A stretch of 64,000 nucleotides of DNA from Octopus vulgaris (lineage: Eukaryota): the NCBI GenBank assembly GCA_951406725.2, contig OX597825.1, positions 49,724,001-49,788,000 on the forward strand, written 5' to 3'. Both the position numbers and the translations under genes were made by a program. This document shows positions 28,912-42,897 of the stretch, in pieces. Each line of letters begins with the position of its first letter. Position 1 is the first letter of the stretch. The notes under the pieces were generated by a model. It saw only the letters and a list, made by a program, of their open reading frames with translations, made no database searches and was not told where the DNA came from.

Positions 28912-29455
28912 TAGTCTTATTTTCATCACGTGCTTTCACTGCCCTACTGAGAGCAGCTCTGTGTACCTTGGGTATGTGCTGTGGTTTCTTGTGATGCTCT
29001 TATTTTTACTGTATTTTACGTGTTTTACGTAGGATGTGTGCAGTGCCTAGTAGTGCTATTTTCTGTATGTTATACATACTTCTTAGTCCTTGCGTCTTTG
29101 TTATGTATTTGTCTGAAGATTTTTTATTGTACCTAATGTGCTTACTATGATAGGAATTGTTTCTGCTTTTAGACGCCACATTCGAGTTGCCTCTATTGCC
29201 TCTATGTACTTTCAGACTTTCACCATTTCTTTTAGCGAAACGTTGTCATCTGTTTTTATTGTAAATCCATTAGAAAGCTTTTTTCTTGATATTCTCTGAC
29301 AACTATGCCCGGCCTATTATCCTTAATTTCTCTATCTGTGTGCATTGGCATACCCTGTGATATAGTTGCTTCCTCGTTTTCTGTGACCTTTTCTGGCGTG
29401 GGCGCATACTATCTTTTTTCTCTTATTTCATAGTGTAGGCATAGCTTCTGTGTGC
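28909..29455 (-). mobile_element. R4/Dong-type LINE 3' fragment
   Basis: 3' UTR is the reverse complement of 19840-19905; MPMHTDREIKDNRP. Confidence 0.85.
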
Positions 29456-29759
29456 CTCGAGTATGCCTTAAAATTTGTGCCATAAATGAGACGCGTGTTG
29501 CATCTTATATTTATTGTTATTATTGTTGATCCTTTTAATTTGTTTAAGCACTGTATGTTCAATGTTGTCTTGTACGTGAGCCTGTGTGAACTATATAAAC
29601 ATTAAATTTACGTGTATTTGTGTAGAAATTAGACAGCATATACAATTATTATTTGTACTCACAGGTTTTATTATTATTGTGTTTGTGGTTGTTGTTGTTG
29701 TTGTTTTTGTTGTTAATGATTGTGTTGTTGATGCCTTCAATTTTAACTTAATGATCAAC

Positions 29760-30700
29760 TTATGCACGAACATTTTATTAATAATTATTCTTAAATTATA
29801 TTGGTTCCCTCAAGAGTGCAATTCTTCAAATATCAGACAATCTTCAAAGTTTCTGGTTAAATATCTTAAACTATTTCTTCCCGATCATTTAAATTTGCAT
29901 TAAAGTACCGACCTGAATGATTTACACTCATATTATATGAAATAATTTTTGTAGCCTTTTACCTTTCTTGCCATATTTCATTAATAATGCAAATCTTATT
30001 TGAAGTCGCACCGTATGAGAAGGAATCCAGTATCATTCTTATTTATTTGAATACAGTATAGATGAACCCTATTTCAATTCATTTGTAGTATTTGAGAAGT
30101 CGATATACACTGATGAAGTCCAATTGCGGCCTCCCTGAAGTACACTGAATTACATTGAATTTGTCATCTAAACACGAAGAGATGCAACATTATATCTAAG
30201 TTTACTACTTACAACCAGAACGTTACCTATCATATGATAGGGGTACCTATAATAATTGTAATTTAACTTTTATCAACTTTTTTAGTGGTGACATGTACAC
30301 TAATTTTCCGAAAGAAAATTATTAGTAGCTAAAAATTAAATTAAGCAAATTTTTCATTTATATATTTGCAATATACGTTATGTATTCTAAATTCCATCAA
30401 CAGTGTTGCAATCTACTCATCGAAAACTTATTTCTGCAAAATTTTCTTTTTAAAATGTGTTTTTCCGAAAGTCATCATTGCCTACTACCAAATTTCGTAT
30501 GTGATCTTATCCAGCCACTCTTATGTTAACATTCTATGCGTCTTTGTTTTACAGTCTCTCCCTTCCGCTCTCTCATTCTATTTAGCGTCACTGATGAAAT
30601 CTACTAACTATCCAACCAACATTTATATCGGTTGTTACTATATACAGATTAGCAACACATATATTATAAGCTATTAAGTTATAACACAGAATTGCTAACA
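29760..30700 (+). pseudogene. TLR C-terminal remnant (LRR/LRRCT, TM, TIR); possibly the 3' half of TLR B
   Basis: TM HMIGVPIIIVI*LLSTFLVVTCTLIFRKK (30231-30317). TIR-like FAIYVMYSKFHQQCCNLLIENL..FKMCFSE..HSMRLCFTVSP (30365-30562). Confidence 0.55.
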
Positions 30701-31430
30701 AATTACTGGATGTATTTGTAACTTTATTCTCTCAGCTATTAGGCGCTTACGATGAACTGGAACAAAACACAGTAAATGAAAAATGTAAACCAGATATTCA
30801 TCTACAAATCTTCTTAACGCTGATAAAAATATATCTTGAACTGAGAGCATCACACTCACTAGGAACGTTGCTACGATTTGAGGCAAAATAAAATTGTAGA
30901 TTCTTATAAAATTTGGTGTTTGATTTATTGTTGTCAAATTGAAATATTGGATTTTATTATCTTATGCAAATATTAGTCACTCCATGGTAAGAAAATTGAA
31001 GTCTCTGTGCAAATATAATGTTCATATAAACAGAATCATAAAACAGCGACCACTATTTTAAAATATATGTATTTAGTTAGTTAATATAATGTGTTGAATA
31101 ACAAATGAAGATGTTTCTTTGATCTTTTCCAAGTAATTTGCTGATGATTAATGATACTAAGATATTCATATGAGATGTCATTTTCGACGAATTCAATTCT
31201 TTGCGATCAAACTTTTGGCCACACTTTGAGATGAAGAATACGCAATGACTTTAAAAATTCAATATTCAATACTATTTGCATATCTCATTTCTCCACAACA
31301 CAATTGATGAACAATCTCTCTGAATTTCAGATATCCTTATCATTACATATATAATGCATCTCGTATGCAGCCGTATAATTTATGCGCACAGTCCCAATGA
31401 ATATATGTGCTTGTGTACATATATACATAC

Positions 31431-31474
<44 letters not shown>

Positions 31475-31502
31475 ATACATACATACATACATACATACAC
31501 AC

Positions 31503-32306
31503 ATAGGGTGTGATGGGTAAATTGTTGCCATTTTATACTTTTAACTTCATGCATGCGAATTCTTTGTTTTTGATTTTGTTGACTACACAGAATAGTAGGA
31601 TCAGTTGGGATCCGTCTGTGAGATAAACAGCACGATGATGCAATTCACTCTGCCAGAAATTTGGAAACGACATGCTGTACCGTTTGGCGTTCGCTCTGGA
31701 AGCTCCAAAATGAACATGTACCGAGATTGATAAAAATCAAATAAAACTCCGAACAACATTATGTCCACATCACTAGTAATGGCGACATTATGCCTCTATA
31801 CATTTTCTCGCACGACTTCAGACTCAACACGGAAGCCTACATCAAATGTCTGGAGGAAGTAGTGCTGCCATGGATGAAGGGAGTGGTTGCTTGAAGATCA
31901 CATATCTGGCAACAGGACTCTTCACCATGCCACACAAGCAAGAGAACCCAGTCATGGCTGTCAGACAACTTCTGCGACCACATAACCCTTAACATCTGGC
32001 CACCTAACTCCCCAGACTGCAACCACCGTGATTATTATGCGTGGAGCGCAGTTGAGCAAGAGACAAAAAAAACCTCCTTGTAATGGCAGCATTCACCAAC
32101 TTAAACAATGAAACCATCCAGACGTTTTCCTGGAGACTCCAAAGTCATCTGTATGAAGGCAATGATGATTTTATTGCATACATTTACATTTTAGTATTTC
32201 AAGATCTTTTTATATAATTTTGGTAAATATATCTGTTAAAATGAGATGTCAGTGTTATTTTCATTTTTGCGTAATTTGGACAACAATATATTCACCGTAC
32301 CCTGTA
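31503..32306 (+). mobile_element. maT-type (DD37D) Tc1/mariner transposon, internally deleted
   Basis: WQQDSSPCHT..WPPNSPDCNHRDYY has 37 aa between the last two Asp residues; imperfect TIRs (T)AGGGT.../...ACCCTG-TA. Confidence 0.88.
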
Positions 32307-32654
32307 TATATATGTAAGTATGCATGCATGTAAGTATGTATGCATGTATGTATGTATGTATGTATGTATGTATGTAGGTATGTGTGTGTATATGTGTGTA
32401 TGTGTGTTTGTGTCTGTGTGAGTGTGTGTGCGTGTGTGCGTGTGTGTGTGCAGGTGTGTGTGTGCGCACAATAACATTCGTTATTATGTTACTAAGCTTT
32501 CGCTATTTTATTACATCGAAAGAATGCTACCAATCCTACCTACGCTGATATAAAATATCATATATGTATGTGTATATGAGTGTGTGTTAAATAAAATAAG
32601 ATAGCAAGGTCAAGACAATGTGATATTCCTAGGACATTTATGAATAGAAAGGTG

Positions 32655-32702
32655 GTCTTACGGCTGTTTCAAGGAAACAAATGATATCTCATCATCGGAG
32701 AC
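32655..32702 (-). ncRNA. Minimal PLE-type hammerhead ribozyme (CCGAUGA variant core) in a Penelope 3' fragment (~32600-33050)
   Basis: Minus strand reads GTCT-CCGATGA-stem II-GAAA-C-agcc-GTA-AGAC. Confidence 0.7.
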
Positions 32703-33079
32703 AAGTTTAAAGAGCTTCAATAGAAGGAATTAGTAGAGTTCATTTTTTTAGAAAATTTTATTTTGGGGAGAGAGAGAGAGAGAGAACGAGAGAGACATAG
32801 AGAGAGAGAAGGAGAGACAGATAAGAAATTAGATGTAATTCAGAAAGTATTAATGGAAAAATATGAAAATAAAAATATATGTTGGATGTTAAAGCTGCTG
32901 TTCCGTTATCTAAGCAATGTGTGGTGTAGAATGGATAAAGAGGCTTCTTGTCCACGATGTGGAAAGTCCGATAAGAATTCATATATTGCTATTTCAAATG
33001 GATAGTGTACAGATATTAATTCTATGAGTTGATTATTCAAAAGTATCTTGTTACATATATATATGTGTGTGTATGTATG

Positions 33080-33134
<55 letters not shown>

Positions 33135-33444
33135 GTAGGTATATATGTATGTATATCGTCGCAAAACGTTACTTCTTCTGTAAACGAAAAAATAGTTCCA
33201 CTATTTCATAGCATAACTATTGAACTACACTTTGATAGTTTTTTATACCTTGGCATCTGAAGCAGCTGGAGATATGATAGTCCGACGTCCAAAAGAACCG
33301 GGTATTATTGCTAGCAAAAATAATTATTGAAAAAAGCATATTTTATCTAAATGTGGACATACAAGTGTTTAACATAATAGCAACGATATACATATCTCCA
33401 GCGAGTGGAGAGAGCTTTAAAACAAAATGTTTTACTCTCCCCTT

Positions 33445-33494
<50 letters not shown>

Positions 33495-33549
33495 ATTTAT
33501 ATCATTTTTCCAGTAACTTTTCATCACTGATCTTGAAAAAGTGTATACA

Positions 33550-33885
33550 AGCAATAATAAATCTCTGAACGAGGTATATACAGTAAATATTTGCATTGGG
33601 ACTCCTTTGATTGAAAACCGGTGATTGTCGTGCGCTGATGACGGGTCAATACCCAGAAACCGCAGCCCGTACGTATCACTTGGGTTGACGAGGGAAGGAT
33701 GACCACCCTTTGCAAATACCAATAGGGCACAGAAAGTGTGCCTATAACCAGCTGGAGGAGATGTTTTCCTGGGGCTACAAGCTACAGAAACACCCACCCT
33801 TTATGGTTAGGCATATTGAGATGGCAAATATACCTCGCATTATCGTGCAGTTACTGTCTATACATCGTTCAGAGATTTATTATTG

Positions 33886-33887
<2 letters not shown>
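33550..33887 (+). mobile_element. ~340-bp element with 37-bp terminal inverted repeats and an internal hammerhead fold (33621-33679)
   Basis: AGCAATAATAAATCTCTGAACGAGGTATATACAGTAA has its inverse at 33851-33887. Inside: CGTGCG-CTGATGA-C-GGGT(caat)ACCC-A-GAAA-C-cgca-GCC-CGTACG. Confidence 0.75.
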
Positions 33888-33957
<70 letters not shown>

Positions 33958-34468
33958 TTGTGTATGTGTGTGTGTGTGTACTGCTAGATTAAACCGGAAT
34001 TATTTTCAGTATAGATTTTATAGTAAATTAAATAAATAACAGTACTTTAAGATTTATAGAATGTTACTAGGGCGAATTATAACCACATGCTACACGAAAG
34101 TTAGATATAAAGTATTTGATACATTGCTGTAAATTTTTCTTTCTACATTGGCATTGCATGTTTCTTTAGAAGACACCATACTGATGGCTAAAGCGAATCG
34201 TGAAAGACAGAGGAGGAAGACACGACCCGTCTACTTCACTGATATTTTATTTATAGGCAGCGGCAAGAGTAAAGGGAAACTTTACCTCTTGAATATTTTA
34301 ATTAAAACGACAGGAAATACCACCACAATGAATTTGTAACGACTCTTCTAATTTGCTGCCTTCCTTTTACTTTGCATTGCAGTCGATATACTTCAAGTTC
34401 TAGAGTTAGTTGTTGAATCTCTGACATTCCTACTTCAAAACTCATCGGGCATGGCCAATGTTACACAT

Positions 34469-34514
<46 letters not shown>

Positions 34515-34734
34515 TCACACATACATAAATACACACACACAAAAGGACACATACACACAGGTACCCACGCAAAAATATCGATCATTGTAGGCTTGTACTC
34601 CGTAAAAGTGAGTGGTTTACGTGTCTCCTGAACAATACTTCTCGATAATTAGATACATTGTACCAACAGAATGGCAGAAGTAGAAGCTGCAATGACAAGT
34701 AAAGTTCTTTTAATTGATATTATTTGGGAAATAA

Positions 34735-35800
34735 GGCGACGAGCTGGCAGTAACGTTAGCGCGCCGACGAAATGCCGAGCGGTATTTCGTCTGTCTTTAT
34801 GTTCCCAGTTCAAATTCCGCTGAGGTCGACTTTGCCTTTTATCCTTTCGGGGTCGATAAATTGATTGCCAGTTGCGTACTAGAGGAGGTCTAATCAACAC
34901 CAGTAATATTGCTAATCCCTTATCAATCCCTCCCCATAATATTTCGGGCCTTGTACTTACAGTAGAAAAGAATATGATTTGTCAAATTAAGGTTGCGAAC
35001 TGGCAGAATCGTTAGCATACCGGGAAAATACTTAGCGGCATTTCGTTCTGAGTTCAAATTTCTCCGAGGACGACTTTGCCCTTCATCTCTGTCGGGGTCG
35101 ATAAAGTAAGTACCAGTATTGACTTACCACTTCCGCCGAACATGCTAGTCTTGTGCCAACATTTGAAACCAATTTTTTTTTCTGAAATTTATACTCTTAT
35201 ACAGAGTGGATTAATAGGTTTATATGTGTTAATAGTCAGTAAACGCTGAGGGAATAAGGAAGAGATGCTTTAATAATGAAGTGATGTGTAGTCTAATATT
35301 GGTTTCACAATTTGGCACAAGGACTGTAATTTCGGGGAAGCGAGTAAGTCGATTACAGTGACCCTCAGTGCTCAATGTTATATTGATCCCGGAAAGGCAA
35401 AATCGACCGCGGTAGAATTTGAACTCAAATTGTAAAAACAGACGAAATGCAGCTAAGCACTTTGTTAAGTGTGCTAAGAATTCTGCCTGCTCGCTGCCTT
35501 ACTTATGTAGTTTAATATTAATTGTATAAACAAGGGGTTAATCTTCTCTTTACCCTTCCAGTGTTTGAATATGTACTAGCCGAAAGGCGGCGAGCTGGCA
35601 GAAACGCAAGCACGCCGGGCGAAATGCGTAGCGTTATTTCGTCTGTTTTTACGTTCTGAGTTCAAACCCGCAGAGGACGCCTTTGCCTTTCATCCTTTCG
35701 GAGTCGATAAATTAAGTACCAGTTGCATACTTGGGTCGATCTAATCGACTAGTCCCCTCAACCTAAAATTTCGGGCCTTTTTGCCTAGAGTAGAAAAAAT
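34735..35800. mobile_element. Cluster of four family-A SINEs (34735-34972 +, 34991-35173 +, 35300-35500 -, 35586-35800 +)
   Basis: Shared head and core. TSD-like flanks TGTAGTYTAATATT (third copy) and TGTACTARCCGAA (fourth copy). Confidence 0.9.
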
Positions 35801-36029
35801 GTGTACTAACCGAAGCTAGTACATAGAGAGCTGATGATGAGAACGTTAACAATGAATAAGTTAACAATTAGTGGAAAAAAGTGAGCGGCTTCAAAGAACG
35901 TGGATTAATATTAAAGGTAAAATACTGATTAGGTTTACAATAAAATGTCTATACTGAATGGGTCTACAGTTGGCTAATAGTAAATGGGTTAATAGTGAGC
36001 GGTTTGATAGTGAGCAGATTAATACTGCT

Positions 36030-37255
36030 GGTTGGGGTACTGAAAAGTTCATACACTAGCCCAGATACTTTCATGGAATGTTACCAAATGAGGTTCATTT
36101 TTCAACATAGTCCCCACCCTTGCGGTCCGCACATTTCTTCAATCAGTTTTGCATTGTTTGGATACCATTGACGAAAAAGATTTTATCCTCATGGTCAAAG
36201 AGTCATGAACAGAAGATATGATGTCATCATCTCTACAATATTCCTTCCCGACCAAGATGATTTCATGTTGGGGCTCATATGATAGTAATTTGAAGTCATA
36301 TGATAGTAATTAGGAGAATAGGTACGGTGAGCAGCCAGTTCAAATTATAGTCAAACAAAGCAGCTATTGAACCAAGAACTTCTGTGCGAGAGCTTTGTTG
36401 TGATAAAACAAGACAGACACATTTTGTTAGTTTCCTGGGCAATTGTCTTTGGTAGCCTTTCGTAATTACCTTAGCAAGTTGGTATAGTGCTCTCCTTTGA
36501 TGGGTTGGCCCTTTCGAAGATAGTTAATAGACACAATGACTTTTACATCCCACAAAACTGAAGCCACCACCTTCCCTGCAGTTGTGACGACCTTGATGTC
36601 TTTTGGAGCAGGTGGGTTAGGAAACTTTCAACGAAGCCAGCAGGATCTGCCTCAAACAATATCATATTTTCCCGTGATCAGCTTACTTTGCTTTTAATCA
36701 GCAGACGTGATATCCTCCATGGAGAGACCTTTGTCATGATATCTTCTTAATGCAGAATACTCCCAACTTTCTCAAGGAATATACTAATAGCATTGGTTAT
36801 TTGATTTACATTCCATCCCCTGTCATCTGTTAGCATGTTATGAACACAAATAATGTTCTTTCTCGTTGGTGGCATTTGCAGGACGTCCACACCTTTGGTC
36901 ATCATCAACACTATCCTTTTCCCTCTTAAATCCAACTGCGCACTTTTGTAATGCTGATGAAGCTGGAGTGTCATCTCTTAATGTAGCAACCATGTCAGCA
37001 TGAATGTCTTTAGAAACTAAACTATTTTTCTGAAGATAATTGATAACACTACGATGCTAATTGTTTTCGATTTTCAAGATACGTCGCTACCAGTTACTTT
37101 TGAAGTGTTCTTTGAACAGTCAGATATCTATTTACCTAGAAGGAAGAAATGTAGCTGTATTAAAAAGTGCTGAAATTATTAATGCAAGCAAGAGCTCACA
37201 ACTCTAACGACACTCTTTCATGGTCAGCCGATTAACTTTTCAGCCCACCTTCGTA
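36030..37255 (-). mobile_element. Decayed mariner transposon
   Basis: TIRs GGGGTACTGAAAAGTT / AACTTTTCAGCCCACCTTCGTA; minus strand KDIHADMVATL..DD..GRP HTH region. Confidence 0.8.
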
Positions 37256-37609
37256 TATTTCATTAAGACAATTTCTGAAGAATTGATTTGTCCAAGATGG
37301 CAGAATATCAAAACAATTTTCGTTGAGAAAGCCTAAACCTCATAATATTTCAACGTGGATTCATAGTACTATGTTGAAAGTTTAGGAATAGAAAGAACAA
37401 TATTTGGAGAAACAATCTGGTGATATCAGAAAAATTAAACTTCTGCACGTACTAAGGAAATTTGAAGCAGGATAGAGGATGATAATGTCAAACAAATACA
37501 CTCACAGCTAATGAATATTTGCCTCACCACTCTTTACAAATATCATGTAACATTTCCCAATTGACATTTCAGCTATCCTTTTTTAAAACCAAACACAAAC
37601 TAATTAAAA

Positions 37610-39150
37610 ACGAACAATTGCAGTCCTTTTTATTTATTTTCCTTTCGTCATGTTAGTAATGCGTATAGATTACTGTGGTTCAACGGAGTACGTATGCCAG
37701 TGTTCTTCTACAGCGGACCGGAACCTCATTTAAGATGACAGTTTCGTATATTTTAAAGGCACTAATTATATATGCATATGCCATTGATCAGATGGAACTC
37801 CTTTAAAGTTATTCAGCTTCACTCATTTAAAAAGTACTTTGTTTAAATACAGTTGATAATAGCAGTATCATACAAGGCCGTTTCATAGAGACACTCTGTT
37901 CTATGAACACAATAATTTTAGTTGCGATTCAAATACCTAGTAGAGATAGAAATCCTTATGTCGTCATTCTGTTAAAGATGCCCTGCTGTGCGCGATTCAT
38001 TTAATCTAAAATATCATGAACACTTTCAGGAAAGGAACTAGTTTCATGAGACACTTTCCCGTTTCAATCTAATATTTCCACATGAATACGGGTGAGAAAG
38101 AATTACATTAAATAAGAAAATAGAGGACCAATAGTTAATGTCAGTAACATTATGTTTAAACCTTATGTCTTTAATTTACTGTTTATTAGATTCATACCAT
38201 AGCCTTTTACACACGGATTATTTTCTGCTCTTATTTTCATTCACTTAATAATCGAATGTTATATATTACATAAACCAGGAAAATCAATACTGAAAATTAT
38301 TTATTTCACCTTTGTGAAGTATTTTTTAGGTAACATTTAGATTAATATTGGCAACGGGTAACATTACCTACCAAAGCATTTCATACCGCAATGATAATTT
38401 GCCAACCTTTTTGTCCAATAATGAAATTTACTGAAATAAATTCACATTAAAAATAAAACAACTTTTAAAAGCCTAGAAACATAAAATGTCCATTATTATC
38501 GTTTTCATATTATTTTTTAAATGTATTGTGAAAAATTATGTCTAAAATGGGTATGAATCTTACGTTATTATTTTTATTGTTTGTGATAATAAGTATTATT
38601 TACGCCCCTATCAATAATTGATTATATCCTACCCGTTTCAGTACTTTAAAAATGCCGTTATTGTAATTATATTTTAGATTTTAATTATGATTCAAAAATA
38701 TGTAAACTGAATTGCAATATTGATAGCTAGGGAAAAATTATCAGAAAATAAGTGGATCACCAAATAGGGGAACTGGCATAGCGCTGGAAATATTAGTGAC
38801 TGCCATGTTACACTTGGCTACATATTCAATGACTTTGATGACAATGAAGAAACGTGTGTATTCTTATTTAAAAGATTTTCATCCAAGAATGTTTTGGCAT
38901 AGAATACTCTTGTGGCAACCAATCCACTGAAGCAATGTATGTTTGGTTGGATATTTCATTCTCTATTGTTAAGGTGACGCGCGATGATGGACAAAATCAA
39001 GTAATTTAAAACGCGTTTCATTCATTACAAAAACAGAAGTGTTTTGATGATTGAAATAAATGTTGAAAAGTTAACAAGTGTGCTTACAGATGATAAGAAT
39101 TCATTTAAAGCCTCTAGAATAAATGCATGATGAAGTTAGTGAATATACCA
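37610..39150 (+). pseudogene. Decayed Toll-like receptor C, uninterrupted but deletion-shortened
   Basis: LRRNT YCGSTEYVCQCSSTADRNL; LRRs WNSFKVIQLHSFKKY and FKSLET*NVHY; LRRCT YCEKLCLKWV; juxtamembrane NKWITK*; TIR DCHVTLGY..KDFHP/NVLA*NTL..QCMF..DDGQNQVI. Confidence 0.7.
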
Positions 39151-41171
39151 CGATGAAGTCAAAGCTTTAAATAGGGAAATAAATCCTAATTCTTAGAGTA
39201 ATATTTGATTCTAGTGTATATTTTTACTCTTCAGTTTTATCACGATATCTTTTGAAAATAATGCATATGGCATATTTCATACGTGGCGTCCATAGAAATA
39301 GTCACACCGTTATGGATATACAAATGCGAAACAATTATTTGTGGTAAAAAAAGAACAAACATTAGAATGATAGTGAAACAATAAAAGACTACGATATTTG
39401 ATATTTCGGTTGAAACCCAGCACATAAACATCACTATAATATGAATAAGGAAATTACATATTCTCTTGCCATACATTGAATGTTAACATCCCAGGGAACG
39501 TGTAGGTAAATGTATTTATCATAGAAATGGGAGAGAAATCATTGAATAGCTGGTTAGTTTTATAGCAGAAGAAAGTCTGAAGTACTCATTTGGAGGATTT
39601 TATTACATGAAGACTTTTAATTTGAAGCTTTATTTGAACAGATAAGCGGTCAAGAATTTTACTTTGCTATCGCATGGTTCTGAGTTTGATCTCACTGCGC
39701 AGCACCTTGGACAGGTTTGTTCTAACATTATTTAGGATTAATCTCGGACCTTGTAACACAATAGACTAAAATTATGTGGAAACTAATCAGACGATGCTTG
39801 TTCTTTGGTGGCTGCATTAAATTTGGAGCCTGTTTAGAACCTGCACCAAGATCTTGGCCAACTTCGAGCGAAGTCCACACCTTCTAGTTCTATTTATTCC
39901 CTTCATACCAGTTTTCGAGATAATTTTGAAATAGTCCTGACATGACAATAGAAAGCAATAAGTAATACTTTTTTTTTGTATATTCTATCCCCTACAGAAT
40001 TACATACTCTGTGGTTTAGTGTATTATGTTATAATGTACATTTGGAGTCTTGCATTACTACTATACAATTTACAGCTATATCAATATAAACTATTATCAT
40101 CGGATCTCTCTAACACTTCCACCATTTTGTCGACACAAGAGAAATCTGATTACATTTTATATGTAAGAGTAACGAATGGAAATAAAGCAAAAAAACCCAA
40201 AACAGTTTACATTTACAGTTTACAATTCATTTTGTAACATTTTACTTTGTTGCCTAAAATTATAAACAACCCTAAATATAAGTAGTTCTACATCTACATT
40301 CTCTGTTTTAAGATTTTGCAACTTTCTTTATAGTATTACTTAATTAAAATGTCTTGGTAATTGAGGAATTTTCTATATTTTCTATATTAGCTATCAGAAA
40401 TAATATTGCATGTTAATATTAGTCGTAGAAAATTGAATGTCTGCACGACTAAACAAAATTAAGCTAAGTATTCAGAAAATATGATTGAAATCTGAGCTGA
40501 TAATTAACTTACATGAAAGGCTTTATTTGTCACGGTGAAGTGCTTCAACAGAAAACAGTCCAGAAGTTTAAAAGAAAATAAGAAATACAGGATTAAATAT
40601 TTTCTTTAAAACCAACAATCCTATCTTTACTGTAACATTCGAACAGTATTTAGACTTCTCAGGTAACCTCAAATAGAAACGACCACCTGAAAGTTGTGAT
40701 AGCAATGAGATTAATTTAGGTGATATCAAGATTGGAGATTATACTGTCTGTATACAGAAGTTGTATAAATGGGATAGTGAATCTTCAAGCCGATGCTGCT
40801 GATCAAATGTATACATGCCTACATAAACATACGCAAAATACAGACTTAAGCATAAAATGCGTGTATATAAGTATGTATGTATGTATGTATGTATGTATCT
40901 ATGTAGTATGTATGTATGTATGCATGTATGTATGTATGTATGTATGTATGTATGTATGTATGTATGTATGTATGCGTGTATGTATGTATCTATCTGTCTA
41001 TCTATCCATCTCTGTCTCTGTATATATATATATATATTGGCCTGCTCGCTTAGCCAGCTGGGTGGCGTCATTTGAAGGCTAAAACAATGCGCTTCGCATC
41101 GTGACCAGCGATGTGTAGCAACATCTGATAACCTGGTCGGTCACGGTCATATATATACATATATATATATA

Positions 41172-41302
41172 CTGTTGTGTCCGGAGAGAGTCATTCACTT
41201 TTAGTGTCTTATAATTTAACACACTCACCTATAAATTTTCCACTGATTTCTTTCTTTATTTTACTAAAATTTTCGTTGCGCCTTGCAAACTTCTCAATAG
41301 TT
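41172..41302 (-). mobile_element. Short PLE-like element with a hammerhead-like fold (41263-41301); homologue of 60334-60522
   Basis: Reverse-complement similarity to 60334-60475. Minus strand reads ACTA-TTGAGAA-G-TTTGC(aaggc)GCAAC-GAAA-ATTT-TAGT. Confidence 0.6.
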
Positions 41303-41956
41303 GACTCTTTCCGATATTCACACTGCGTTCTTTTGGTTTGTTTGTGTGCATGTGTATGGGTCAGTGTGTGTGTGTGTGTGTGTATGCATACACATGAATG
41401 TATGTATGTATATATGCATCTATGTATGAATGCATGTAAGTGTGTGTATGCATGTATGTGTGTGTGCATATATATGTATCTATGTATGTGTGTACACTTG
41501 CATGTATGTATTCTGCATATTCATGTGCTTGTGTCCTTGCTTCCGTGTTTTTATGTGTGTGCGTGCGTTTGCATGTGTATATGCGCGTGTGTGTATGTAC
41601 TTTTGTCTCCTTTTGTGTGCATGTCTGAGAGTATCTGTGTGTGTATGTGTGTGTATGGGTTTTTTGCAGCTATGTACTGTGTTTTTATGTATGGATATTT
41701 ATCTCCAGATGTGTGGACGTGTGTCTCTATATGCATCATTGTGTGAAGTGTGTGTATATATGGTCATGTGTTTCAGTCTTCATTTGTGTATGTGTGCGTT
41801 TGTTTGCTTGTCTGCTCATGTAACCTATGTACCTATCCGCCTGTTTGTCTGTTTACTTACATACATGTGCATGTACATATAGACATACACCCACTCATTC
41901 ACATACATATACGTAACAGTATTTGGGACAGAGAGAGAGATGTTTATATGAATGTC

Positions 41957-42322
41957 GTGGCACACCGTCGATTATGACGACGAGGGTTTCAGTTGATTCG
42001 ATCAACGAAACCGCCTGCTCGTGAAATTAACGTAGTTGTGACTGAGCATTCCACAGACACGTGTACCATTAACGCAGTTCACTGGGAGATTCAGCCTGAT
42101 ACAGAGTGTGACAGGGCCAACCTATTGAAATACAGGTACAACAGAAACAGAAGGAAAGAGCGAGAGAAAGTTGTGGTGAAAGAGTACAGCAGGTTCGCCA
42201 CAACCCCTTGCCAGACGCTTTTGGAGCTTTAGGTGTTTTCGCTCAATAAACTCTCGTAGGATCGAAACCGCGATCCTACGACCGTGAGTTCGCTGCCCTA
42301 ACCACTGGGCCATTGCACCTCC
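41957..42322 (-). mobile_element. tRNA-derived SINE family B with a 12-bp TSD
   Basis: TTATATGAATGT at 41944-41955 and 42324-42335. Confidence 0.92.
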
Positions 42323-42852
42323 ATTATATGAATGTACCTACATATTGGCAGTCGATTTAATAACGTCTATGTTAATAACTATGTTCTAAATGAAGTTTGA
42401 GCTGAATATGACTGCAACCCAGTTGATGAAAACAACCCTTTTCCTTTTTCAATATTATTGTGTATACATCTCTTCATATTTACATAGAATGGAGAATCAT
42501 GACAACTACCTCTGTGTATAAACTTGTGCGTATTCAGTCCACAAGCAGAAAGCCAATATCTATTACATGATTTTCAGGCACGTATTCTTTTAGGGATCGA
42601 ATAATAACTATCATCTTTCTTTGTTCATCTATCCTTGAGGGGTTAACTATGTTATAGTTAGCAAAAGTTGGCCTCAAGTTGAGTATTTGAAGTGATAATC
42701 AAATTCTGTTCAACTTGCCTCTTCTTGTGGTAGATTTCAAATTTGGTGGTTCAATGCAATGTTTTCTGATTTATGGAGATATTTTGTAAATATTCTCTCT
42801 GCGAGAAAATATTTTCTGGCAATTGCATCACACACACAAGCACATACACACA

Positions 42853-42897
<45 letters not shown>

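Larger units (their letters stand above)
30720..37590 (+). pseudogene. Fragmented TLR G (pieces at ~30720-31400, 33150-33430, 33990-34460, 37260-37590)
   Basis: YDLRQNKIVD, QIEILDF, RKLKSL and HLKQLEI; TIR-like NLIIFQRGFIV at ~37336. Confidence 0.45.

Noticed and set aside
35820-36030. ~15-bp periodic TTAATAGTGAGCGG-like repeats (CRISPR-like?)
   Set aside because: A degenerate minisatellite without unique spacers or cas genes, in a eukaryotic context.
38770-38950. C-type-lectin-like reading (NEETC..WH/EYSC)
   Set aside because: It needs two frameshifts, and the same DNA fits a TIR domain in correct TLR context.
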